A stretch of DNA of 64,000 bases from an uncultured Clostridium sp. (lineage in GTDB: Bacteria; Bacillota; Clostridia; TANB77; CAG-508): positions 1,416-65,415 of the forward strand of contig CAKNJL010000002.1 of NCBI GenBank assembly GCA_930982035.1, read 5' to 3'. Numbering within the stretch: the stretch's first letter is position 1; each line of letters opens with the position of its first letter. This document shows positions 31,089 through 41,251 of this stretch, piece by piece. The translations under genes and the position numbers were made by a program. A model generated the notes under the pieces. It saw only the letters and a list, made by a program, of their open reading frames with translations. It searched no databases and was not told the origin of the DNA.

Positions 31089-31285
31089 ATAACTTCTCCT
31101 TTTTACGCTTATTATGACAAAGAATATTCAATAAATTCTTTCTCTCCTAGATTTTTTAGTTGCAATATTTTTGCAAAATGTCTATATATTATTCACAGAA
31201 TTAGTAATAAAATTCATACCCTGGTTTTGCCAAAACTTTTGTTTGCTCTGTGTGGCTAAAATAAAATACAAGTTTCCTTGTATTT

Positions 31286-31371
31286 TGGTGGGCAGGGAAG
31301 GATTCGAACCTTCGTACTCAAATGAGAACAGATTTACAGTCTGCCGCCTTTAGCCACTCGGCCACCTACCC
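31286..31371 (-). tRNA. tRNA-Tyr (GUA), with a long variable arm and an encoded CCA
   Basis: The reverse complement is GGGTAGGTGGCCGAGTGGCTAAAGGCGGCAGACTGTAAATCTGTTCTCATTTGAGTACGAAGGTTCGAATCCTTCCCTGCCCACCA. It folds as a cloverleaf with anticodon loop CTGTAAA. Confidence 0.9.
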
Positions 31372-31386
31372 AAATATAAATAAAAA

Positions 31387-31463
31387 TGGTGCTCCCTCAA
31401 GGATTCGAACCTTGGACCCACCGGTTATGAGCCGGTTGCTCTGACCAACTGAGCTAAGGGAGC
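31387..31463 (-). tRNA. tRNA with a CAU anticodon (elongator Met, or Ile2 if lysidine-modified), with an encoded CCA
   Basis: The reverse complement is GCTCCCTTAGCTCAGTTGGTCAGAGCAACCGGCTCATAACCGGTGGGTCCAAGGTTCGAATCCTTGAGGGAGCACCA. Base pair G1-C72 is intact, so it is not an initiator. Confidence 0.88.
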
Positions 31464-31563
31464 ATTTATCATGTAAAAATCCTTAACGCAAGATAAAGTA
31501 TAAACTATTTATTCGTAGTTGTCAATAGCTTTTTGCAAATTTTCTATTTTTTTTTGTAAATTG

Positions 31564-31646
31564 TAGTTACTATTCACAGTCTCAAATTTATTTTATAGAA
31601 TGTATATATTATTCTTGTTAAGCATATTTAAACTATGAATTGTAAC
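31564..31646. repeat. MITE-like element, family 2, copy 2
   Basis: GTTACTATTCACAGTCTCAAATTTATTTTATAGAATGTATATAT ... AAACTATGAATTGTAAC. Confidence 0.7.
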
Positions 31647-31762
31647 AAATTATAACATTGAAACATATAACAACCAAGTATTAAGGAGCTAGATTTTTCT
31701 AACTCCTATATTTTCATTTGTAAATCGCAAGTAATTTTATACTTTCATTACTATAAACATTA

Positions 31763-32653
31763 TTAGTTATTTGCACCTTTTCCTTCTGGTAAAGCTGGAT
31801 ATTCTATTACAATTCTTATCTTTGTAATATATCTAATAGCTCTAACAATTTTACTATTTTTAATTCTTTGCCATAAGCTTGGTTTTGCATCAAATGTAAC
31901 AGATTGTTCATATTCTTGTTGAGCCACATTTTGCTCTACATTTTGAACAGCTTTTACTTTTTTAGCTTTTTGTTTTGTTTCAGCTTTTTCTACTACTTGC
32001 TCTGTTGTTTCTACAGGTATTGTATCTTCTACTGGTGCTGGTATAGATTTTAATGCATCTGCAACTTCTATTCCTATATAACTTAGAGCTTTTGATCTAT
32101 CTTCTATTCTTTCCATATCAATCTCTATATGTAGATTTGATTCAAGATTAGTAACCCTTGCATTCAAAAGTTTCATTGCATCTTGATAATTTTGAGATTT
32201 CTTTCCTTTTGATTTTCCAACAATATTTAATGTTTCGATTATATCTTCTGGAAATTCTTCTTCTGCTTTTTTTACTTGGTCTTTCCAATCTTTTTCTTTA
32301 TTATCTACAGTATTGATTAATTCTTTTAATTTTCCTGATAAAGCTATATTTTGTTCTCTTTGTCTAATTAATTCTTCTATTTTTTTAGTATTTTCTTCAA
32401 ATTGGTTTGTAGCATATTCTACTAACCCGTAAGCAGCTTTATAAACACTTACTGGAAAATTTTTCTTTTTAGGATATTCAATTAAATATGTTTTTATAGA
32501 TTCTATCAAATCTTTAAAATATGTATCATCCTCTAATTGTACAATTTGCTTCTTACTGTTAGGGTTTATAAGTTTATGTACTTTATCTATATTTGATAAG
32601 ATTTTCTCCTCCGTGATAACCATTCTCACATTTACTATGCCAGATCTAGACAT
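31763..32653 (-). CDS. Hypothetical protein
   Basis: 296 aa ORF with a strong AAGGAGGT RBS. No motif was recognised. Confidence 0.6.
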   Translation of the reverse strand: MSRSGIVNVRMVITEEKILSNIDKVHKLINPNSKKQIVQLEDDTYFKDLIESIKTYLIEYPKKKNFPVSVYKAAYGLVEYATNQFEENTKKIEELIRQREQNIALSGKLKELINTVDNKEKDWKDQVKKAEEEFPEDIIETLNIVGKSKGKKSQNYQDAMKLLNARVTNLESNLHIEIDMERIEDRSKALSYIGIEVADALKSIPAPVEDTIPVETTEQVVEKAETKQKAKKVKAVQNVEQNVAQQEYEQSVTFDAKPSLWQRIKNSKIVRAIRYITKIRIVIEYPALPEGKGANN

Positions 32654-32973
32654 GTAAATTACCTCCTTTTTATCTTAAGCATGTTTTTTCTTAATTACAA
32701 TTTACAATTTACAATTATAATTATACATTAACCTACAAAAAACTACAATAGCAACGGAAGATTTTTTTTTTAAGTTTTTGTTACAAAATTGTTACATTTA
32801 TGTTACAAGACAGTTTTTTTCCACTTTTGCTTAAATTCATTTTATCCGTAGGTAGTTTGTTTTTCTTTATTTATCAGATCCTGAATTATTTTTTTATTAT
32901 TACTATTCACAAAAAATCTTTGAAAGCCAAAAATTATATTATAATATAACTTTTGGCTATATAACTTTTCATT

Positions 32974-34686
32974 CTATAATACAGTTTTTATTTCTTCAAA
33001 TCTTTTTACCTTTTGAGTTGTTGTTTTTATTAATTCTTTATTTGTTACTGTTATATCTCTTACATATTTATATGCTGGCATTGTTTTATTTATCTTTTTA
33101 ACTTCTTGCCATATTTTTTCTTTTAGCTCATCTGGATTTTTTGTTCCAAATACTTCTTCTACTGTTTCTTCATCATAAACAATTTTTGCACATATTTTAT
33201 AATCTCCGTCATCTTCTGGTCTTCCATATACAAATGATTCTTTTACACCTTCAATTTTATTAATTAATGTTTCTATTTCTTCTGGATAAATGTTTTTTCC
33301 ATTTTTTAATACGATAACAAATTTCTTTCTTCCTGAAATAAATATATATCCATCTTTATCTATCCTTGCTAAATCACCTGTATGTAGCCAACCATCTTCT
33401 AAAGCTTCTTTTGTAGCTTCGTCATTATCATAATATCCAAGCATAATAGATGGTCCTTTAGCAAGCAATTCTCCGACTCCTTCTTCATTTGGATCTGCAA
33501 TTTTAACATCTAAACTTGGAAAAGCTTTTCCTATTGAACCTAACCTTTGATATTTATCATCTTCTGCTGCTATAACTGGCGAACTTTCTGTTAATCCATA
33601 ACCTTGATACATTGTAAATCCTAGTTGATTAAATCCTTTTTCAGCTTCTGGATCAAGCGCTGCACCCCCAGCTACAAATATTCTTATCTTTCCTCCTAAA
33701 GTATCGTGTATTTCTTTGAATATTTTTTTTCTAATGTCAATTCCAAATTTTAATAAAAATTGACTGATTTTTATTCCTTTTTGTACTGTTTTTAATTTTC
33801 CTTGTTTTTCTATGGTTTTCATCACTTTTTTATACATTGCTTCAAACAATATTGGAACTGAAACCATTACAGTTGCTTGATATTCTTTTAGATTTTCTGC
33901 TATATGTCTAATCCCTTCACAAAATGCAATTGAAGATCCTCTTGACAAAGGATATAAAAATCCTGTTGTACATTCAAATGTATGGTGTAATGGTAAAAAA
34001 GATAAAAATCTATCATTTTCATCTATTCTAATTACAGATGTTATATCCATTAAATTTGCACAGATATTTTTGTGTGATAACATAACTGCTTTTGACATAG
34101 CTGTTGTTCCTGATGTAAATAACATTATTGACATTTTTTCTGCATCAATTTTTGCATCTAAGAACTCTGTATTTCCTGATTCTAGCAATTCATTTCCTTG
34201 TTTTATTAATTCATATTCTGAATATACATTATCTTCTTCTTTTTCTAAATCCATTGAAATAAAGTATTTTACTTTTGTGTTATTTTCTTTTTTTATTTTG
34301 TTCATAACTTCATCATATTTTTTAGAATAAAATATAGCTTCCACTTCTGAACGTATTATTAAACTTTCAATTTCATTTTCTGGTAATGATTTATCTAGTG
34401 GAACAATTATACCTGTACCTGTGACTACTGCTAAATATACAATTCCCCACTCATATCTATTTTCTGATATTACAGCGATTCTTTTATCTTTTAAGCCCAT
34501 GTTTACTAATTTTGTTCCAAGTGCTTTTACATCATCTCTAACTTGTTTATGTGTAATTTCTCTAAATTTTCCCTCTTCTTCAGTCTTAAAAACATATGCA
34601 GGTCTATCACCATATAATTTTCCTGATTTTTCTAACATATCTCTTAAATCTGTAAATTTCATAAATTCATGTATTGGCTCTCTCAT
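32974..34686 (-). CDS. AMP-dependent synthetase/ligase (long-chain fatty-acid-CoA ligase type)
   Basis: AMP-binding motif MLFTSGTTAMSKAVMLSH, plus YGLTESSP, WLHTGDLARIDKDGYIFISGRKK and IYPEEIE. Confidence 0.88.
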   Translation of the reverse strand: MREPIHEFMKFTDLRDMLEKSGKLYGDRPAYVFKTEEEGKFREITHKQVRDDVKALGTKLVNMGLKDKRIAVISENRYEWGIVYLAVVTGTGIIVPLDKSLPENEIESLIIRSEVEAIFYSKKYDEVMNKIKKENNTKVKYFISMDLEKEEDNVYSEYELIKQGNELLESGNTEFLDAKIDAEKMSIMLFTSGTTAMSKAVMLSHKNICANLMDITSVIRIDENDRFLSFLPLHHTFECTTGFLYPLSRGSSIAFCEGIRHIAENLKEYQATVMVSVPILFEAMYKKVMKTIEKQGKLKTVQKGIKISQFLLKFGIDIRKKIFKEIHDTLGGKIRIFVAGGAALDPEAEKGFNQLGFTMYQGYGLTESSPVIAAEDDKYQRLGSIGKAFPSLDVKIADPNEEGVGELLAKGPSIMLGYYDNDEATKEALEDGWLHTGDLARIDKDGYIFISGRKKFVIVLKNGKNIYPEEIETLINKIEGVKESFVYGRPEDDGDYKICAKIVYDEETVEEVFGTKNPDELKEKIWQEVKKINKTMPAYKYVRDITVTNKELIKTTTQKVKRFEEIKTVL

Positions 34687-34855
34687 TTTTTACCCCTTTC
34701 TTTTTTATTACATAGGAAAAAAATTCATAACACTAAATCAAAATTAAAATCTTGTATTTTTCCTTCAAAGGAAAATTGACTTTTATTTTTGACCTATGTG
34801 ATTTTCCGTATATTTTTTATATTCGCACTAATTAATCAAGACTATTTATTATAAG

Positions 34856-35425
34856 CTATTTTATCTTTAAACCTTCAATAACTGTATTTTCAAATTCTTT
34901 ATATAAATTCATTATATCAAATTCATCTTCGTTTCTTAATTTATATATTAATGTTGAGCATATTAATCCATATATTTCAGATGCTATTACTTTTGGATTT
35001 CCTTTTTTAATCTGTCCTTTTTCTATTCCTTCTTTGACAATCCCTTCAATCTTAGTTATATACTCATATATATGGTTTTTACATTTTTGATTTCTTGCTT
35101 CATTTCCCCAAAATTGACTCAACAAAATTGTTATCAAATCTTCATATTTCATAACAATTTTTATTTGTATCAATACTATTGCTTTTATTTTGTCTATATA
35201 ATGTTCATATTTAGCTGTTTTTATGTCTATACTATTTTGTAATAGTTTCATACCTTCTTCTATTAAAAAATTAAATATTTCTTCTTTACTTGAAAAATGA
35301 TAATACAATGTCCCTTTTGCTACTCCTACTGTTGCAGTAATTTCTTCTATACTTGTTGCATCATACCCTTTTTCAGCAAATAATTTCATTGATGTTTCAA
35401 AAATTTTTCTTTTAGTTTTATTCAT
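34856..35425 (-). CDS. TetR/AcrR family transcriptional regulator
   Basis: N-terminal HTH segment FAEKGYDATSIEEITATVGVAKGTLYYHF. Confidence 0.88.
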   Translation of the reverse strand: MNKTKRKIFETSMKLFAEKGYDATSIEEITATVGVAKGTLYYHFSSKEEIFNFLIEEGMKLLQNSIDIKTAKYEHYIDKIKAIVLIQIKIVMKYEDLITILLSQFWGNEARNQKCKNHIYEYITKIEGIVKEGIEKGQIKKGNPKVIASEIYGLICSTLIYKLRNEDEFDIMNLYKEFENTVIEGLKIK

Positions 35426-35530
35426 TTTCTTAACATCCTTTCAATTTGATATATCAATGGTTATATTATATCTTTAAACATGTAATTTTGCAATATTTTT
35501 TTATGCTTTTATACTAACTATTCGGAAATT

Positions 35531-35559
35531 GATGATTTTTTCTCCGTCCCAAAATCATC
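35531..35559. repeat. Solo unit GATGATTTTTTCTCCGTCCCAAAATCATC
   Basis: Same unit as the arms at 41552-41657. It contains the TGA stop of 35555..36244. Confidence 0.75.
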
Positions 35560-36244
35560 TAAATAATGCTATTATACAAAATGCTAAAATTTCTAATATT
35601 ACATTCATAAATAATAAATAATTAGTGCTTTTTATTCCTATATTATTTAACTTATCAAATGCATTTACCATAGCATTTATTTCTTCTTTTGTAGATATTT
35701 TTTTATTTTCCATATATTCTTTTGCTAAAAATCTTGCTTTAATCATTGCGTCATTTTCTAAATAACTTCTCACAAAATAATATATAAATCCACTAATAAT
35801 TAGAATTGCTAAAAACATCATTTTATAAGGTAACAACTTTAATATTGCAAGTATCAATATTACAATAAAATACAATATATATATGTTGGAATATATAAAA
35901 TTGAACATAAGCATTTTTCTATCTTGAATTGAATGTAGACATTCATGTGCTATTGTTTGAATACGTGTATAACTTTTTCTAACATTTGCAATTAAAATTT
36001 TGTTAGATACTGCTATATATAAAGAATTTACAGCTTGTTTATCTTCTTCTATTTCTACGTTTTCGTTATTTAGCATTTTTAGATATTCCTTACAGATTTC
36101 AATATTTTCAGGATATTTTTCTGCTATTTCATCTAATTCTTTGTTTTCTGCAAGTTGCTTTATTTGCTTTTTACTATACCCAAATATTATTTTCAAAATA
36201 AATAATGTTATAAATAAAAATATTATAATTACCAAATACTCCAT
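35555..36244 (-). CDS. Membrane protein with an HExxH zinc-metallopeptidase motif
   Basis: An AHECLHSIQD motif with TM helices on either side. The TGA stop lies inside a repeat unit. Confidence 0.55.
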   Translation of the reverse strand: MEYLVIIIFLFITLFILKIIFGYSKKQIKQLAENKELDEIAEKYPENIEICKEYLKMLNNENVEIEEDKQAVNSLYIAVSNKILIANVRKSYTRIQTIAHECLHSIQDRKMLMFNFIYSNIYILYFIVILILAILKLLPYKMMFLAILIISGFIYYFVRSYLENDAMIKARFLAKEYMENKKISTKEEINAMVNAFDKLNNIGIKSTNYLLFMNVILEILAFCIIALFR

Positions 36245-36270
36245 TTTCTATCCCCTTCTTAACATATAAT

Positions 36271-36414
36271 ACTATTTATAGTTTCAGTTCTATTTTATAG
36301 AATGTATATATATTAATATTGAATTTATTTTTTTATCATTGTACTGAGTTTAAAAATTATGAAACATTAATATACTTTCCTTCTTATTAAATATATTAAA
36401 CTATGAATCGTAAC
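36271..36414. repeat. MITE-like element, family 2, copy 3 (longer internal part)
   Basis: ACTATTTATAGTTTCAGTTCTATTTTATAGAATGTATATATATTAATAT ... TTAAACTATGAATCGTAAC. Confidence 0.65.
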
Positions 36415-36451
36415 CTAAGGTAATAGGGATTTTAGTTAATCCCTAAAATCC

Positions 36452-36787
36452 CTATTGCATTACATCTCTTACAGCTTCTCCGATGATTTTATTCACATCT
36501 GTCAAAACTATATTAAATTTCATTTCTGCATCAAAATATTTTTTTGCATCATCTAATTGTATTAATTCTGCATATAATTCTTTCATTTTATTTGTTTTTG
36601 TTTCATCTTCTTTTCCAGTTTGTATTTGTGTCAATTGGGCATCATATCTTGCCACCTCAAATTCTCCTATTTTCTTTTTCAAGTCTGGATTTAAGGCTAG
36701 TGTTTCTCTTGCCATTTTATAATTTATATATTCCTCTGATTGTTTTATTTCTAATGCTAGTTTGTTTGCTGTATCATATACATTCAT
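36452..36787 (-). CDS. YlbF/YmcA family regulatory protein
   Basis: 111 aa. MNVYDTANKLALEIKQSEEYINYK is followed by a helical bundle pattern typical of YlbF. Confidence 0.65.
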   Translation of the reverse strand: MNVYDTANKLALEIKQSEEYINYKMARETLALNPDLKKKIGEFEVARYDAQLTQIQTGKEDETKTNKMKELYAELIQLDDAKKYFDAEMKFNIVLTDVNKIIGEAVRDVMQ

Positions 36788-36867
36788 ATTTCACATTTCC
36801 TTATACATGTATTTAGGTTTTTATAATGGTTTTACCTATAAACACTTTCATAAATTTTATATAGAAT

Positions 36868-37956
36868 TTATGAATTTGTACTATTTGCAGTAGAATTTGT
36901 TGTTAGTGTTGTTTCTGCTGTTCCTTCTATTTCGACATCTGCATCAGTTGGACAAATATTTACAAAAGTATTTCCATCATTTACATTAATTTCTTTTCCA
37001 TTCATATCTTGATATACTGTCTTTTCATCTCTTTCATTTTTTATACATTGTATTTTGATTGCTTTACCATTTGTAATATAATATCCATCAAATGTTCCAA
37101 TATTTTTCAATCCTTGTCTTCCTTTGTTTTCTTTATCTGATAATGTATAGTTGTCACAGAATGTGATAATAATATTTTTTGTTGTAACTGGTTCATCTGT
37201 ATCCCAGTCTGTTTGCTCTTCTCCTCTTGCATATCTTACATATACTTTATTTTCTTCATCATATTCATATTCTACTGTTTGTAAATCTGAATGTGGTATT
37301 GTAATTGTAGTTGCTACTTCACCATCTTCTAAATTTACTTCATCTGTCACATAATTTAGCACACTTTCTTCTGTTGATGTTGTTCTATAATTTTTGCTTT
37401 TTGCAGATTCTAATAATTTTTGTGTACTTGTAACAGCATTGTGTGGTGCTGATTTGTCTTTTACTCTCCAGAAAGTTGTTCCATCTTCTGCTATTCCATT
37501 TATATCATGTATACTATATTTCTTTATATCACTTTCAGCTTGTGGACTTTGTCCAAAATGTACATATATAGCATCATTTTCCATTGCATAATCTAGAAAA
37601 TAATGTCTTGCACTTCTTACTGGTCCTATTTTTTCTAAATCTACTCCTTTAAAAAGTGCCATTAATCTAGTCTCTCCACCTTCTACTATAATCTCATATA
37701 CCATGTATGCTTGGTTTAATCCTGCTTGTGGCCATGCACCACTATGGTTGTCTATCATAACTGCTATAGGTCTATCATTTCCACTAAATATTTGAACTTG
37801 TTTTTCTTCTACTGCTTCTACTGGTTCATTTTCTTTTTCTCCTGATATTGTTTCAGTATTTTTATCTTGTGTTATTTTGTATGCCAGCACTACTCCTGCT
37901 ATTATTATTAAAATTACTAGTATTACAATTAATACTTTAACTCCACCTTTTTGCAT
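36868..37956 (-). CDS. DUF3048 (YerB-like) secreted or lipid-anchored protein
   Basis: RPIAVMIDNHSGAWPQAGLNQAYMVYEIIVEGGETRLMALF and GPVRSARHYF match the DUF3048 signature. An N-terminal TM helix is present. Confidence 0.75.
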   Translation of the reverse strand: MQKGGVKVLIVILVILIIIAGVVLAYKITQDKNTETISGEKENEPVEAVEEKQVQIFSGNDRPIAVMIDNHSGAWPQAGLNQAYMVYEIIVEGGETRLMALFKGVDLEKIGPVRSARHYFLDYAMENDAIYVHFGQSPQAESDIKKYSIHDINGIAEDGTTFWRVKDKSAPHNAVTSTQKLLESAKSKNYRTTSTEESVLNYVTDEVNLEDGEVATTITIPHSDLQTVEYEYDEENKVYVRYARGEEQTDWDTDEPVTTKNIIITFCDNYTLSDKENKGRQGLKNIGTFDGYYITNGKAIKIQCIKNERDEKTVYQDMNGKEINVNDGNTFVNICPTDADVEIEGTAETTLTTNSTANSTNS

Positions 37957-38026
37957 AAGTATCTCCCTTCTTATTTTTTCCTTATTCTGCCTGAATATTC
38001 TAAAATTGATTGTACTAAATTCATGG

Positions 38027-38503
38027 TTATCTTACTATTTTTAATTGTTCAAGTATTTTTTCTTCTTTTTGTCTCATTTCTTTTTTATCTTCTTCTTCAA
38101 TATGATCATAACCCATTAAATGATAAAAACCATGAACTAGCATGTAGCTTAATTCTCTTTCAAAGCTATGCCCATATTCTTTTGCTTGTTCTTTTACTTT
38201 TTCTATAGATATTACAATATCTCCTAATATATCTTCATGTACAAAATCTTTTTCTTGTATTTTATTTTCTAATTCTTTCTTCTCAAACATAGGAAAAGAA
38301 AGTACATCAGTTGCTTTATCTATGTTTCGATATTCTTTATTTATTTTTTGTATGTTTTCAGGATTTGTAAATGTTACTGTAATATACAATTTTGAATCTT
38401 CTATCTTCTCCTCTTCAAAACATTTATCAAAAACTTTTTTTACTGTTTCTTCATACTCATCTACTTCTTCAATATCTTTATATATTATTTCATATCGGTT
38501 CAT
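38027..38503 (-). CDS. ybeY: rRNA maturation endoribonuclease YbeY
   Basis: The zinc motif HGFYHLMGYDH is present, and the size (158 aa) fits. Confidence 0.9.
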   Translation of the reverse strand: MNRYEIIYKDIEEVDEYEETVKKVFDKCFEEEKIEDSKLYITVTFTNPENIQKINKEYRNIDKATDVLSFPMFEKKELENKIQEKDFVHEDILGDIVISIEKVKEQAKEYGHSFERELSYMLVHGFYHLMGYDHIEEEDKKEMRQKEEKILEQLKIVR

Positions 38504-38523
38504 TTTTTTATCCTTTCATTGAA

Positions 38524-38709
38524 CATTGGGGACGTGTCAAATTGGACATTTTTTGTCCAAAAGGGACAGGTCCTTTTTCCAATTACAAATTTGAAGTAAC
38601 AAAAAAATATTCAATTTGATGTTACTCTAGTTTATTAATTTTTACTTATATTTTTCTGGGTCCTGTCCCTTTTGGACAAAAAATGTCCAATTTGACACGT
38701 CCCCAATAG
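38524..38709. repeat. MITE-like unit: ~50 bp inverted repeats (38524-38572 and 38658-38709) flanking an 85 bp spacer
   Basis: CATTGGGGACGTGTCAAATTGGACATTTTTTGTCCAAAAGGGACAGGTCC pairs with its reverse complement with 1-2 mismatches. Confidence 0.85.
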
Positions 38710-39894
38710 CCTACCTTCTGATATATATGAATTTTTTAATTCTCTCATTGCTCCATAGTCTATTAATTTTCTTTTGTAATATTTAATTAATTTACTATAG
38801 TCAGTTTTTGGTTTATTTTCACGAATATTTTTCATGTCATTTTTTATAAATAAAATTTCTTTTTGCCTTACATATTCTATGAAGTTTGTTTCTTTCAATT
38901 TGCAAATTTCTTTATATTTATTCCAAAATGCTTTAAATTCTTCTCTGTCCTTTGGATTTTCCCAATACACTTTTGTTGATAATAATTTTACATTATAATC
39001 TTCAAATAGATTTATAAGCATACTATAGGCTTTTTCTCTTTTGGTTGCTATTTTTGTGTCTTGAACTAGAATTCTTGCATCTTTTAATAATTTTTCATAA
39101 CATTGTATTGCAACTATTAGTGGTAAACTATGTGTAAATAATTTTCTACTAATGCTTAATAATACTACATTTTTCTCTATATTGTCTTTTGTATCCAATT
39201 TTCCTACTGTGTAAGTTTCATAATTTTCGTATTCTTTCATCACGTCTTTTGTATCTTCGTCTTTACCCATTTTTATTTTTAATGATAAAATATTTTGAAT
39301 ATATTCTTCTAGTGTATAAAATATTTTTGTATATATCCATTCTTTTGAACTTTCATAAGCATTAGTTGTGTCTGCAAGTTTTATTGAGTAGTTTTTTAAT
39401 ATTGCTTTATATAATGTATCCATTTTAGATATATAAAACTCATTAAATCTTGATATTAATTTTTCTTTTCCTGATAATTGGATTCCATCATTATCTAATT
39501 CTAGTAAATATTTTTGTTTTCTGTTTTTATATTCGACAAATTCATTTTCTTTAAGACTTGTTACTTCATAATATTTAGATAATGCATTTTTTTCAAATTC
39601 TGATGCTGTATTATTTTTTACTTTTTTATAAATTGAGTCCATTACATATTTATCTAGTGTTTCTAAATAATGTTCATATGCCATATCATATTTTTTTTCA
39701 GCATCTTTTTGATTATAATTTTCATCACTTTTTTGATATGTTTCAAATGCTTTTAATAAGTTATTTCTTTTTATAGAAATCAACATTCCATTAATTCCTA
39801 TTTTTGTTGGTATTAACATTTTTGTTAAAGTTTTTGTTATTTTATTAAAAAATGTTTTATCTGTTCCTGTAATTCTCAAGCTTTTTTCTTCCAT
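38635..39894 (-). CDS. Hypothetical protein occupying the slot where phoH/yqfF usually sit. The last ~20 codons are supplied by a repeat element.
   Basis: 419 aa helical K/E/Y-rich ORF. The C-terminus LLGTCQIGHFLSKRDRTQKNISKN is translated from repeat 38658-38709. Confidence 0.55.
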   Translation of the reverse strand: MEEKSLRITGTDKTFFNKITKTLTKMLIPTKIGINGMLISIKRNNLLKAFETYQKSDENYNQKDAEKKYDMAYEHYLETLDKYVMDSIYKKVKNNTASEFEKNALSKYYEVTSLKENEFVEYKNRKQKYLLELDNDGIQLSGKEKLISRFNEFYISKMDTLYKAILKNYSIKLADTTNAYESSKEWIYTKIFYTLEEYIQNILSLKIKMGKDEDTKDVMKEYENYETYTVGKLDTKDNIEKNVVLLSISRKLFTHSLPLIVAIQCYEKLLKDARILVQDTKIATKREKAYSMLINLFEDYNVKLLSTKVYWENPKDREEFKAFWNKYKEICKLKETNFIEYVRQKEILFIKNDMKNIRENKPKTDYSKLIKYYKRKLIDYGAMRELKNSYISEGRLLGTCQIGHFLSKRDRTQKNISKN

Positions 39895-39907
39895 TTATAT
39901 CATCCCT

Positions 39908-41092
39908 TCAAAACACAATTTTTTCATTAGTCCCTATATTCTCAAGTACTTCATATGTAACATAAATATCTATACTATTTTCATTTTCATAAGTATTTAT
40001 ATTTTTGTTTACAATATTTTCTTTGTTTTCTATTTCTTTTTCCAGTTCTTCCTCTAACTGCTGTATCCCTAAGTTTTTTGCCTCTTCTACTGTATATGTT
40101 TTTTTAACTTCTTCATATTCCTGATTTGTTGTTTTCACTACGGAAATCGGCAAATAAAAATTAGAAAATAACTTAATTTTGTCTTCGGTTTCTATTGTAT
40201 CATAAAATTTAAATTTTGAAACCCCTTTAGGAAAATTTATTTTAAAATTATTAATTTTTATTCCATAATTTGTTTCTTCGTTTCCTGTACTTTGCTTTTC
40301 CGTAGTATTATATTGAATCGTTTTTTTCTTTGTATACCAAACTCTTGCTTCTATTTCCCCTTTTGCATGTACATATCTAACACCTGTATATTTTCCTTCC
40401 ATCCAACCATTTATTAAGACATCTCCTTCACTTACTGTATCTCCTACCTTCACATTTGCTGTTCCATCTTGTGCATTTATTTTTGTTATTACTCCATTTT
40501 TATTAGAAACTATATTGCAGTATTCATCTTCATCAACTATTTCAGGTTTTTCTTCTGCTTTTACTAATTTTACTATTGCATTTGTACCTTTTAATTCAAT
40601 TCCCATCCATGCTATATCATTTCTTTCTAATCTTACTTTATTTATTATTTCTTTTGTATCTATATTACTTTTAAATTCTCCTATTGTTAATCCAGCAGTA
40701 TTTATACTTTCCATTATATTTTCTATTTCTAATCCATTTTCTTCTATTATTTCTATATTCCATACAAAATTAGAACTTAAAAACACAAGAAAAATTATTA
40801 ATATTAAAAATAACACAAATATCTTTCTTTTCTTATATTTATGTAATAAAAATGGTAACCCTCTTTTTGTTTTTATTTTTACTTTACATTGTGTCTTTTT
40901 TGCTATTTTACAAATCTCTCTAAAATCTTTTATTTCTATATTTAATGCTACTTTTATATCACTATTCTTTTTTAAATTCCACATTTTGTATTTTTTATTT
41001 CTACAAATATTTATAAATCTTTCTATATAATATCCTTCTACTATTATTCTTAAATATCCAGATATGTAATTTATAATTCTTTTTATTATCAT
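39908..41092 (-). CDS. yqfD: Sporulation protein YqfD
   Basis: The N-terminus GYLRIIVEGYYIERFINICRNKKYKMWNLKK, a central TM helix and a C-terminal beta domain are present. The gene follows yqfC. The internal start at 41092 (AAGAGG RBS) is preferred. Confidence 0.8.
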   Translation of the reverse strand: MIIKRIINYISGYLRIIVEGYYIERFINICRNKKYKMWNLKKNSDIKVALNIEIKDFREICKIAKKTQCKVKIKTKRGLPFLLHKYKKRKIFVLFLILIIFLVFLSSNFVWNIEIIEENGLEIENIMESINTAGLTIGEFKSNIDTKEIINKVRLERNDIAWMGIELKGTNAIVKLVKAEEKPEIVDEDEYCNIVSNKNGVITKINAQDGTANVKVGDTVSEGDVLINGWMEGKYTGVRYVHAKGEIEARVWYTKKKTIQYNTTEKQSTGNEETNYGIKINNFKINFPKGVSKFKFYDTIETEDKIKLFSNFYLPISVVKTTNQEYEEVKKTYTVEEAKNLGIQQLEEELEKEIENKENIVNKNINTYENENSIDIYVTYEVLENIGTNEKIVF

Positions 41093-41251
41093 TTGCCTCT
41101 TGTATGATATATTTAATAACTTAAATACAACATACACTCCTTTCTTCATTTATTTTATAGTAACTTGCCTTTTAAACTTTAAAATTAAAAAATTTTGTGA
41201 CACTTCTTATATGACATGACTGTTCTTATTTTTTTGCAAAATCAGCTACTT

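Noticed and set aside
31171-31353. 60 aa plus-strand ORF
   Set aside because: It overlaps tRNA-Tyr on the opposite strand, and its G+C-rich tail is simply the tRNA sequence.
38392-38619. 75 aa plus-strand ORF spanning the ybeY start and the left repeat arm
   Set aside because: It is made of the antisense of ybeY plus repeat sequence, and has no RBS or motif.
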